NCBI GenBank assembly: GCA_051953655.1
Contig: JBQCIO010000106.1
Location: 8,052 to 72,051, forward strand
Source: Motilibacteraceae bacterium
Lineage (GTDB): Bacteria > Actinomycetota > Actinomycetes > Motilibacterales > Motilibacteraceae
Direction: 5' to 3'
DNA length: 64,000 nucleotides
The notes beneath the pieces were generated by a model that saw only the letters and a list, made by a program, of their open reading frames with translations, was not told the DNA's origin and did no database searches. Position numbers and translations under genes: made by a program. This document shows positions 37,636 to 45,891 of this stretch, piece after piece (within the stretch, counting starts at the first letter, position 1; every line of letters starts with the position of its first letter).

Positions 37636-39740
37636 CCCGCCGCCACGAGTTCGGCTCGTCCTACTACCCGGCCCACCACGACCGCGCGGACTGGGCGCGG
37701 GACCTGGACCGGATGCGGGCGGCCGGGCAGACCGTGGTGCGCACCGCGGAGCTGCTGGCCAGCTGGGACCGGCTGGAGGTCGCCAAGCACTCCTACGACT
37801 GGTCGTGGCTGGACGAGTTCTTCGACCTGGTCGAGGAGCGCGGCATGCGCATCCTGCTGGGGACGGGCTCGCAGAACCCGCCGATCTGGATGCTGGACGA
37901 GCACGACGACCTGCAGATCGTCACCGCCGACGGTGCGAGGTACCCGACCGCGGCGATGTGGTCCTGGGCGTGCAAGGAGCACCCGGCCTACCGCACCGAG
38001 GTGGAGCGGCACGTGCGCACGCTGGCCGAGCGGTACGGAGGCCGGCCCAGTCTCTACGGCTGGCAGGTGGACAACGAGCCGGGCTACCCGTTCATCCCGT
38101 GGCGGGAGCGGCAGGTCGAGCTCTACGACTACAACCCGCACACCGAGGCCGCGTTCGTGCGCTGGCTGCAGGAGCGCTACGCGACGCTGGAGGCGCTGTC
38201 CGACGCCTGGCGGTGGGACCCGACGAACCACCGGTACTCGGCCTGGACCCAGGTGCGGGCGCCGCGCGCCATGCCGATGGCCTGGGCGGTGCACACCGCC
38301 TGGCTGGACTGGAAGGAGTTCACCGCGCAGCGCCTGGCCGAGTTCGTCGGCTGGCAGGCCTCGATCCTTCGCTCGCTGACGCCGGGGCTGCCAGTCTCGT
38401 CCAACATGAACGTGTGGGGCCGCGAGGACCCGTTCCACGTGCTCATGGGGCAGGACGCGCGGCAGATCGCGCGGCACGTGGACGCCATCGGGTTCGACCT
38501 CTACCCGGGCATCGGCAAGCGGCACCTGCGCGAGCCGGGGTTCGAGGCGATGCACCTCTCCTACGCCCGGTCGGTGGCGCGGGCCGCGGGGGTCGAGCTC
38601 TGGTACCCGGAGATCGAGTCCGGGCCGCTGAACGGCTGGGTCATGGGTCCGGACCACTCGACCACGCCCGACGACATCACCCGGCTGTGCGTGGCGGTCG
38701 TCGGCGCCGGCTCGCGGCTCACCCTGTTCCAGGGCTGGCGGGAGTGGCCGTGCATCCCTATCCACTGGGGCGCGCTGGTCGACCTCGAAGGCGAGCCGAC
38801 GCCGCGCCGGGACGCAGCGGCGGCCGTCGCCGACGCGCTGTCGGAGCCGTCGGTGGCCGCGGTCCTGGCGGCTGCTGAGCCGGCCGAGCCGTCGGTCGCG
38901 CTGTACGTGGACCGGACGAACGCGGTGTCGCTGCAGGGGTTCGGCAACGGAGCCGACCTCTACGACGCGATGCTGGGCGCGTTCCGGGGGCTGCACGGCT
39001 TCGAGGTCGGCTTCGTCGACCCGTCCACGGTGGCGTCCACGTCGGCGCGGCTGCTGGTGCTCCCGCTGGCCCCGCTGCTGCCGACGTCGGTGGGGGCTGC
39101 GCTCACGTCCTACGTCCGCCGCGGCGGGCACCTGCTCGTGCAGGCCAAGGCCGGCACGGTGGACGGTCGCGGCTGGTCGCACCCGCGGCGCCCGGGTGCG
39201 GGACTGGACGCGCTGCTCGGCGTCGTGGAGGACGACGTCGACACCACCGACGAGCCGGTGCCGGTGATCCTCGCCGACGGTCGGGTGCTGGTCGGGGCCC
39301 ACCATATGCAGAAGCTTCGGGTGGTCGCCGACGACGCCGAGGTCGTCGGGCGCTTCGCCGACGGCTCCCCCGCCCTGGTCCGCCGACGCGTGGGCGACGG
39401 CGTGGCCTGGGTGTGCGGGACGCACCTGGACCTCGGTCTGGTCCGGGACGGCGCGGTCGAGAACCGCTCGTTCCTCACCGCCCTGGCACGTGAGGCTGGC
39501 GCCCCCCGGCTGTGGGACGTCGAGCCCGGCGGCGACGACCTGCACCGCGTGTGGGCCCAGGCCCGGCACGCCGACGGCCGCACCCTGGTGGCGCTGACCT
39601 CGACCGACTCCTCACCCCGCTGGGTGGCCGTGCACCTGCCCGGCGCGACGAGCGCCGTCGACGTCCTCACCGGCGAGCGCCACCCGCTGTCCGCGGTTCC
39701 GGTGCCGCCGATGGGTGCCGTCATGCTGCTGACGGACTGA
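37632..39740 (+). CDS. glycoside hydrolase family 42-like beta-galactosidase
   Basis: Trimmed from 37377-39740 to GTG 37632, which forms a GTGA overlap. It reads FGSSYYPAHHDRADWARDLDRMRAAGQTVVRTAEL.SWDRLE and has the acid/base motif WQVDNEPGY and WYPEIESGP. It has three-domain length (702 aa). Confidence 0.8.
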   Translation: MTRRHEFGSSYYPAHHDRADWARDLDRMRAAGQTVVRTAELLASWDRLEVAKHSYDWSWLDEFFDLVEERGMRILLGTGSQNPPIWMLDEHDDLQIVTADGARYPTAAMWSWACKEHPAYRTEVERHVRTLAERYGGRPSLYGWQVDNEPGYPFIPWRERQVELYDYNPHTEAAFVRWLQERYATLEALSDAWRWDPTNHRYSAWTQVRAPRAMPMAWAVHTAWLDWKEFTAQRLAEFVGWQASILRSLTPGLPVSSNMNVWGREDPFHVLMGQDARQIARHVDAIGFDLYPGIGKRHLREPGFEAMHLSYARSVARAAGVELWYPEIESGPLNGWVMGPDHSTTPDDITRLCVAVVGAGSRLTLFQGWREWPCIPIHWGALVDLEGEPTPRRDAAAAVADALSEPSVAAVLAAAEPAEPSVALYVDRTNAVSLQGFGNGADLYDAMLGAFRGLHGFEVGFVDPSTVASTSARLLVLPLAPLLPTSVGAALTSYVRRGGHLLVQAKAGTVDGRGWSHPRRPGAGLDALLGVVEDDVDTTDEPVPVILADGRVLVGAHHMQKLRVVADDAEVVGRFADGSPALVRRRVGDGVAWVCGTHLDLGLVRDGAVENRSFLTALAREAGAPRLWDVEPGGDDLHRVWAQARHADGRTLVALTSTDSSPRWVAVHLPGATSAVDVLTGERHPLSAVPVPPMGAVMLLTD

Positions 39741-39755
39741 CGCCCGCCCCCTGTT

Positions 39756-39812
39756 GCGGATCTTGCTGCACGGCCACGCTCAGGGTGGGTGCAGGAGGTC
39801 TCAAGATCCGGC
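39756..39812. terminator. nested hairpin between convergent genes (bidirectional terminator candidate)
   Basis: The outer stem is GCGGATCTTG (39756-39765) with CAAGATCCG(G)C (39802-39812). The inner stem is CTGCAC (39766-39771) with GTGCAG (39789-39794). It lies between the GH42 stop (39740) and the immunity-like gene stop (39823). Confidence 0.55.
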
Positions 39813-39822
39813 GTCGATGGCG

Positions 39823-40179
39823 CTAAGGAACCGGCTGATCGTCGACCGAGCCAGGACGCAGCCCTTGCGCCTCCTCCGGCGGAGGGCCGACGAGGAACTG
39901 CCGTTCACCTGGCTGAGGCACCAGCCACGCTGACCGGTCCCTGAGGTCGAGCGATCGCGCCGACGAGGCGAGCGGCTCTGGCACGCCGTCCATCCCCTCG
40001 CGGACATAGAGCGTGACCATCCTCTTTTCGATGAGGGACTCGATGACGTCCGCGCACTCGCCGGGAGCCGCTAGTGGGTCCACTCCGCAGGCAGACCTGA
40101 TGCGCCAACCGACCTCCCAGAGGCCGTAGAGGTCCTCGTCCGCGAGTTCCAGAATCTCGCGCTCGATGTCCTGCTTCAC
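39823..40179 (-). CDS. putative immunity protein (small acidic cytoplasmic protein)
   Basis: 118 aa. Its GTG start overlaps the toxin stop (GTGA). It is acidic (EREILELADEDLYGLWEVGW...), has no signal peptide and lies in the AT-richer segment. I recognise no family. Confidence 0.55.
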   Translation of the reverse strand: MKQDIEREILELADEDLYGLWEVGWRIRSACGVDPLAAPGECADVIESLIEKRMVTLYVREGMDGVPEPLASSARSLDLRDRSAWLVPQPGERQFLVGPPPEEAQGLRPGSVDDQPVP

Positions 40180-41363
40180 AACGCTGGATTCCCCATGAGA
40201 GGGATGGGGTCAGAGACCTCACCGTTACGACTGATACGCATATACGGCCCCTGCTTGACTGGATTCGGATCGGAGCGCTTTCCAGGCATGATCCGGATCT
40301 GCTCACCGAGGACTTCGGGATTGGAGTAGCGGATACCTAGGCCACCCTTCTTGGCATTTGTGGCCGACTTGATCCAATTCGAAGGTATCAGGCGCTCGAC
40401 GTCGGCAGGTGTGGCGCCGCGCAGACTTGCGATGTCCGCGAGATCTCGCGTCGCCTGGTGAGGTGCTCGCCCGACGCCATGCTCAGCGCCCTCTTTCGCC
40501 GACCTTTCCGCCGCCTTCTCCGCGCCCCTCGCCGCCTCCCCTCCCTTGCCGACCGGGCCGAGCACCATCCCGGCGAGCGTGCCGGCCGTGATGCCGAGCG
40601 AGTGGGTCCAGTCGCCGCCGTCGTCGCGCCAGACGTCCAGCCCGAGGGACTCCTCGGTGGTGCGTACCGGGTGGACGACCTGGTCCCACATCGCCGCCGG
40701 CAGGCCGGCCACGTTCCGAGCCCATCGCCCGCGGTCGACCAGCGCCTCGCCGGTCAGCGCCCACACGCCCTTCGCCGGGTCGACGACGGAGGACTGGAAG
40801 AAGCCGCGGAAGCCCTGGGTGGCGCGGTCCCCCGCGCTCATCCCTCGTGCGTGGGCCGGCACCTGCCCCCACAGCGTGTCCAGAGCCCGGGCGGCGGCGC
40901 CGACGGCCGTCCGGTACGCCTCCAGCGCCCGCTCGTGGCGGGCGTGCGCCGCCCGCCACCGCTGGTCCAGGTCCGCGCTGCCCGGATCCGGCAGTCCGGC
41001 GGCCACCAGCACCGCCCTGCGCTGCCGCTCGGCCTCGACGTCGGCCAGCTCCCGCGAGCACGCCGCCACCTCGGCCTGGGCCCGCTCGACCACCTGCGCA
41101 TACGCGCTGAGGGTCTCGGCCGCCCGAGCCGCCACCCCGGCCGCCAGCCCCAGCCGCTGGCCGACGTCGTCGCGGCCCGCGCCGAACGCCGTGGCCGCGG
41201 GCCCGGTCCAGACCGGGTCGGCTGTCGGCAGCGCGTCCGACGCGGCTGCAGCCAGCGACGAGACCTGCCGCAGCCGGAGCACGACCTGCCAGAGCGCCGC
41301 TGCATCCACCCGCGGCGCGGGCAACACCTCCCCCGCGTAGCCGCCCCCGACCCCTGCCCGCAC
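40176..41363 (-). CDS. polymorphic-toxin-like protein: WXG100/LXG-like helical N-terminal domain + variable C-terminal module
   Basis: 395 aa. The N-terminal ~170 aa are Ala-rich and helical, with a W-x-G turn (DPVWTGPAATAFGAGRDD) and coiled helices (AETLSAYAQVVERAQAEVAACSRELADVEAERQRR). A Gly/Ala/Lys linker follows. The C-terminus reads PSNWIKSATNAKKGGLGIRYSNPEVLGEQIRIMPGKRSDPNPVKQGPYMRISRNGEVSDPIPLMGN. The C-terminal coding DNA is about 57% G+C in the 120-nt sample I counted (40181-40300). Confidence 0.6.
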   Translation of the reverse strand: MRAGVGGGYAGEVLPAPRVDAAALWQVVLRLRQVSSLAAAASDALPTADPVWTGPAATAFGAGRDDVGQRLGLAAGVAARAAETLSAYAQVVERAQAEVAACSRELADVEAERQRRAVLVAAGLPDPGSADLDQRWRAAHARHERALEAYRTAVGAAARALDTLWGQVPAHARGMSAGDRATQGFRGFFQSSVVDPAKGVWALTGEALVDRGRWARNVAGLPAAMWDQVVHPVRTTEESLGLDVWRDDGGDWTHSLGITAGTLAGMVLGPVGKGGEAARGAEKAAERSAKEGAEHGVGRAPHQATRDLADIASLRGATPADVERLIPSNWIKSATNAKKGGLGIRYSNPEVLGEQIRIMPGKRSDPNPVKQGPYMRISRNGEVSDPIPLMGNPAL

Positions 41364-41456
41364 CCGCCCGCACCCCCGTCCCTGCCGCGACCGGACAGGA
41401 CGCTAGAGCGATCCGGCGCTCACGCGCCGAGCGCTGTCCACAGGCCGGGCCCGGAA

Positions 41457-41554
41457 GGGGTGAGGGTGAGCCTCACTCCGTCCGGGTGGCGGGAGACGTT
41501 CGGACTGAGGGTGACCCCGGTTCCTTCGCTGTGCACCAGGGTCACCCTCACCCC
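41457..41554. repeat. three copies of GAGGGTGA (two direct, one inverted) forming mutually exclusive long hairpins
   Basis: The copies are GGGGTGAGGGTGA (41457-41469), TGAGGGTGACCCC (41506-41518) and GGGTCACCCTCACCCC (41539-41554). The third can pair with either of the first two. The element lies just downstream of the reductase stop (41567) and about 100-190 nt upstream of the toxin gene start. Confidence 0.6.
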
Positions 41555-41566
41555 AACCGGTGCGAA

Positions 41567-42706
41567 CTACGGCGCGTAGGAGAGGTTCCGCGCAGCGGCG
41601 AGGAGCGTGCGAGCGCTCAATGTGCCGCGCTCGAGCCCCATGCGCACCAAGGCGTCGAACACCCGCTGGTCATCGGCGGCGCCGCGGATGGTGGCAGCCA
41701 CCAGGGCGGGGCGGCGCGAGAGCGCTGCGGTCAGCCGGACGTCGCGCAGGTGGCGACCGAGCACCCGCCGGAGCGAGGCGCGGTAGACCGCGCCGGCGTC
41801 GAGCCCGGACAACCCTTGGACCGCGGCCGCTCCGGCCAGCGCCCCGGACAGGACGGCCTCGTGGATGCCCTCGCCCGTCAGCGGGTTGACCAGCGAGAGC
41901 GCGTCGCCGGCCAGCAGCACCGGGCCGTCGGGCTGGTGGGGTCGGTGCGAGGACAGCGGCAGGTGGTGCCCGCGCCACGCCTCCCCGTCCGCTCCCGCGC
42001 CGGGCAGCAGCTCCTCGAGCCGCTCGAGCATCCCGGCCCTTGTCGGCGACGCGGCTCCGAGCACCTCGCCGTAGCCGACGTTGGCCCGGCCGTCGCCGAT
42101 GGGGAACGACCAGGCGTAGGAGGGTGTCTTCCCCTTGCCCAGCACGATGATCTGGCTGCCGGACCGCCCGGCGCTCACCGGCGCGTAGCCGCGGAGCGCC
42201 ACCGCGACGGTGCCCGGAGGGTTCGGCCCGAGATCCAGCGACCGCCGGACCGCCGAGCCCGCTCCGTCGGCTCCGACGACCACCCGCGCGGCGAGCACGC
42301 CGTCCAGCACCACCTGGTCGCCCCGCCGGACCACCGACCGCACCCGGTGCCGGACCGGGACCGCACCGGCGACCACCGCGGCCGCGGCGATGCGCGCGTC
42401 CAGCACGCGTCGCGGCACGACGTAGGCCGCCCGCGCCATGTCCCGCCGCACCGACGGCCCACCCTGCTGGCCGAGGGCCAGTTCGCGCACCGGCCGGAAC
42501 CCGGCTGCGACGTCGTGGGTGCCCAGCGCCGCGAGCAGGTCGAGCGCCTGCGGGGCGACGCCGTCGCCGCAGGCCTTGTCCCGCGGGTGCTCGGCCCGGT
42601 CCAGCAGCGCGACCCGCACCTGCGGGCGGGCCCGCAGCACGGCGAGCGCCGCCGCCGCACCGGCCGGTCCCGCGCCGACGACGGCCACGTCGAACACGTC
42701 GTCCAC
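41567..42706 (-). CDS. geranylgeranyl reductase-family FAD-dependent oxidoreductase
   Basis: 379 aa with the FAD fold motif FDVAVVGAGPAGAAAA, then DKACGDGV and LAGDALSLVNPLTGEGI. Confidence 0.85.
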   Translation of the reverse strand: MDDVFDVAVVGAGPAGAAAALAVLRARPQVRVALLDRAEHPRDKACGDGVAPQALDLLAALGTHDVAAGFRPVRELALGQQGGPSVRRDMARAAYVVPRRVLDARIAAAAVVAGAVPVRHRVRSVVRRGDQVVLDGVLAARVVVGADGAGSAVRRSLDLGPNPPGTVAVALRGYAPVSAGRSGSQIIVLGKGKTPSYAWSFPIGDGRANVGYGEVLGAASPTRAGMLERLEELLPGAGADGEAWRGHHLPLSSHRPHQPDGPVLLAGDALSLVNPLTGEGIHEAVLSGALAGAAAVQGLSGLDAGAVYRASLRRVLGRHLRDVRLTAALSRRPALVAATIRGAADDQRVFDALVRMGLERGTLSARTLLAAARNLSYAP

Positions 42707-42807
42707 CGCGGCCTCCCCTGGTCCTCCCCCACCCTGACAGGACGCGAGCAGGTCGGCACCCGAGGGCAGCCGCGGCCGTCGACGGCTGGGACCGTACAGT
42801 CGGCGGC

Positions 42808-43575
42808 GTGAGCGCCCTGCCGACGTCCAGCGAGGGCGAGGAGCTCTACGCCTCGCTGCTGCACCTCACCGACCAGGACCCCTACGTCCGCTGGCACATC
42901 TCGCCCGACCGGCTGCTGCACGTGCGCCGGCACGGGGACGCCACCGTGTGGAGCTCGCGCCGCCACGGCCCCGACGCCCCGGTGTGGCTGCAGGCGATGG
43001 GCGACCCGAACACCGTGGCCGAGCTCGTCCTCGACGTCGCCACCGACCTCGAGGCGCAGGGTCTGGTCCCCCGCGGGGCGACCCTTCCGCGTGACAGCTT
43101 CCCGCTGCTCCCCGACCACCTCCGGGGCGACCACGACGAGTGGGACTGGTGGTTCCTCACGCAGGCCCCGCCGGTGCAGCGCGGCGAGGCGCAGGTGCGC
43201 TGGCTCGACGACGTCGACCCCGCGCGCATCAAGGCCTTCCTCGAGGCGCACAGCCCCCGGCACTCGGCCAGCCCGGGTGACCCGCACGTGCAGCGGTGGG
43301 CCGGCGTCGTCGACGGCCAGGGCGAGCTGCTCGCCACCGCGGCGCACGAGGTGCTCGCCACCGCGACCCCGCACCTGGCCTCGGTGGCAACGCACACCGG
43401 CGCACGCGGGCAGGGCTGGGGCGGCGCCGTCACGGCGTGGATCAGCCGGCAGCTGCTGGCCGACGCGGGCGTGGTGACCCTCGGCATGTACGCCGACAAC
43501 GAGCCGGCGCGGCGGGTCTACCGGCGGCTGGGCTTCGTGGACCGGCACCGGTGGACCAGCATGCGCTGGTCCTGA
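42808..43575 (+). CDS. GNAT-family N-acetyltransferase with an N-terminal accessory domain
   Basis: 255 aa. The C-terminal acetyl-CoA motif is VATHTGARGQGWGGAVTAWI...MYADNEPARRVYRRLGF. Confidence 0.8.
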   Translation: MSALPTSSEGEELYASLLHLTDQDPYVRWHISPDRLLHVRRHGDATVWSSRRHGPDAPVWLQAMGDPNTVAELVLDVATDLEAQGLVPRGATLPRDSFPLLPDHLRGDHDEWDWWFLTQAPPVQRGEAQVRWLDDVDPARIKAFLEAHSPRHSASPGDPHVQRWAGVVDGQGELLATAAHEVLATATPHLASVATHTGARGQGWGGAVTAWISRQLLADAGVVTLGMYADNEPARRVYRRLGFVDRHRWTSMRWS

Positions 43576-43584
43576 CGCGGTTCC

Positions 43585-45822
43585 TCAGGAGGCGACAGCC
43601 GCGCGGGCCTGCAGGTCCGCCCCCAGCAGCCCGGCCAGGTGCGCCAGGTCCACCGGTCTGGACCACAGGAACCCTTGCCCCAGCGGACATCCCATCGCTG
43701 CCAGCACCGACGCCTGCTCCGGGTGCTCCACGCCCTCGGCCACGATCTGCAGCCCCAGGCTGCGGCCCAGCGTGACGATCGCCTCGGCCACCGCGGTGTC
43801 CTCCCCGCCGTGCTGCACCCGGTCCACGAACGCCTTGTCGATCTTCAGGACGTCGAGCGGCAGGTCGTGCAGGTACGACAGGGACGAATAGCCGGTGCCG
43901 AAGTCGTCCACGGCGATCCGGACCCCGTGCTCGCGCAGCGCGCGCAGCCGGGCGACGACGCCGGGCAGGTCCTCGAGCAGGGCCGACTCGGTCACCTCGA
44001 GCACCAGCAGCTCGGGCGCCAGCCGGGCGGCCCGCAGCGCTTCCACGACGTCGTCGACGAGGGAGTCCTCGGTCAGCTGGCGGGCAGCCACGTTCACGCT
44101 CATCCGCAGCGACCGGTCCGGCCGCTGCAGCCCTGCAGCCGTGCGGCAGGCCTCCTGCAGCACCCAGCGCCCGAGCGGAACGACGAGCCCGGTCTCCTCG
44201 GCCAGAGGCACGAACTCCAGCGGTGGCACCATCCCTCGCTCCGGGTGCGGCCAGCGCACCAGCGCCTCCAGACCCCGGAGCTCGCCGGTCTCGAGCGACA
44301 CGATCGGCTGGTAGTGCACGGTGAGCTTGCCCTCGCGCAGCGCGTGCTGCAGGTCTGCGCGCAGGTCCAGCCGGCGCATCGCCTCCTCGTGCATGCGCTG
44401 CTCGAAGACCGTGTAGGTCCCTCCCCGGCGTCCCTTGGACAGGTACATCGCGACGTCCGCGTTGCGCAGCAACGCCTCCGCGGTGTCCGTGCCCGGGTGG
44501 CCCAGCGCGATGCCGACGCTCGCCCCGACCGACACCTCGACGCCCTCCACCACGACGCCGGGGGCCAGCGCCTCGGCCAGCCGGGTGGCGCTCGCCTCGG
44601 CGTCGGCGAGGCGCACGTCCTCGAGCAGGACGGCGAACTCGTCGCCACCGAAGCGCGCGATCGTGTCGCCCGCCCGGACCGAATCGCGCAGCCGTTGAGC
44701 CACCGCGACCAGCACCTGGTCCCCGGCCGCGTGGCCGAGTCCGTCGTTGACCGCCTTGAAGTCGTCGAGGTCGCAGAAGAGCACGGCGACGTCGCCGGTC
44801 CCCCGCCGCTCCAGGGCGTGCGCCAGCCGGTCGCCGAACAGCACCCGGTTGGCCAGGCCGGTGAGCGGGTCGTGGAAGGCCTGGTGGGCCAGGCGTTCCT
44901 CCAGCGCCGCACGCTCGGAGACGTCCCGCACGGTGACCACGAGCCCGTCCACCGCGGCGGAGTCGAAGTGGTTGCGGATGCTCCCCTCCACCGGCACGGT
45001 GCTGCCGTCCGGGCGGCGGACCCGCAGCGACAGCTCCTCGCCGGCACCGACGCAGGCGCTGCCCAGCAGCGCGACGAACGTGGCGACGTCCGGGTCGTCC
45101 ACCAGCTCCACCCAGCGGGTGCCGACCAGGTGCTCGGGGTCGCGGCCCAGCACGGCGAGAGCCGACGGGCTGGCGTAGGCGATGGTCGAGTCGGCGTCGA
45201 CCACGCACACGACGTCGACGCCGTCCTCCACCAGCGCGCGGAACCGGGCCTGGCTGGCCACCAGCGCCTCCTGCTCGGCGACGAGCCGGGCCGCGGCCCG
45301 CCGGTCGCGCACGAAGCGGCGGAAGGTGAACGACCAGAGCACGGTCGCGAACAGCACGACCCCGGCGACGCCGAGCTCGGCGATCCAGCGCCAGCGTCCG
45401 GCGCGGTCGGACAGCTTGCCGTCCAGCACGTCCAGCCGCACCCGCACGTCGTTCAGCGCGGCGACGGACTGCTGGGGCGTCGCGGTGCTGAGCACGGTGG
45501 CCGCCTGCCGCGAGGGGGCGAGCAGCCGGTCGGGCACGCCCTCGCGGTGCAGGGCGTCGAGCCCGGCGACGACCCAGGCGGCGGTGGCCCCCTGGGTGGC
45601 CGGCTCGAGGCTGCCGTCGCCGCGGTGCGGGACGGCGGCCTGCTGCTGCACCCCGGCGGCCAGGCGCACGTACTCGACCTGGTCGCGCACCGCGCCGGTC
45701 GACTGGCTCACGAGCGCGACCAGGCCGCCGATCTCGAGCACGACGAGCAGCGCCGACACGGCGAGCTGCACGACGAGCCGGCGCGTCTCACCGTGGGCGG
45801 CCCCGGGCGCAGAGGTCGGCAC
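43585..45822 (-). CDS. membrane sensor PAS-GGDEF-EAL protein (c-di-GMP cyclase/phosphodiesterase)
   Basis: 745 aa with two TM segments flanking an extracytoplasmic region, then a PAS domain (FRALVEDGVDVVCVVDADSTIAYASPS). The intact GGDEF motif is ARFGGDEFAVLL, preceded by DPLTGLANR. The EAL domain has LEALVRWPHPERG, VNVAARQL and DDFGTGYSSLSYL. Confidence 0.93.
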   Translation of the reverse strand: MPTSAPGAAHGETRRLVVQLAVSALLVVLEIGGLVALVSQSTGAVRDQVEYVRLAAGVQQQAAVPHRGDGSLEPATQGATAAWVVAGLDALHREGVPDRLLAPSRQAATVLSTATPQQSVAALNDVRVRLDVLDGKLSDRAGRWRWIAELGVAGVVLFATVLWSFTFRRFVRDRRAAARLVAEQEALVASQARFRALVEDGVDVVCVVDADSTIAYASPSALAVLGRDPEHLVGTRWVELVDDPDVATFVALLGSACVGAGEELSLRVRRPDGSTVPVEGSIRNHFDSAAVDGLVVTVRDVSERAALEERLAHQAFHDPLTGLANRVLFGDRLAHALERRGTGDVAVLFCDLDDFKAVNDGLGHAAGDQVLVAVAQRLRDSVRAGDTIARFGGDEFAVLLEDVRLADAEASATRLAEALAPGVVVEGVEVSVGASVGIALGHPGTDTAEALLRNADVAMYLSKGRRGGTYTVFEQRMHEEAMRRLDLRADLQHALREGKLTVHYQPIVSLETGELRGLEALVRWPHPERGMVPPLEFVPLAEETGLVVPLGRWVLQEACRTAAGLQRPDRSLRMSVNVAARQLTEDSLVDDVVEALRAARLAPELLVLEVTESALLEDLPGVVARLRALREHGVRIAVDDFGTGYSSLSYLHDLPLDVLKIDKAFVDRVQHGGEDTAVAEAIVTLGRSLGLQIVAEGVEHPEQASVLAAMGCPLGQGFLWSRPVDLAHLAGLLGADLQARAAVAS

Positions 45823-45891
45823 GTCCTTGTCATCGGCATGCGCGACGCGAGCCTGAGCGGCAGCCGGCTCAGGCGGACCTGGTGTCGACAG

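Noticed and set aside
40176-40440. Attempt to name the catalytic family of the toxin C-terminal domain (nuclease, deaminase, ADP-ribosyltransferase and similar)
   Set aside because: I saw no diagnostic catalytic motif (HNH, HxxD, the R-S-E triad, and so on). The IRIMPG...PY.RIS pattern feels familiar from polymorphic toxin C-termini, but I cannot place it honestly without a profile search.
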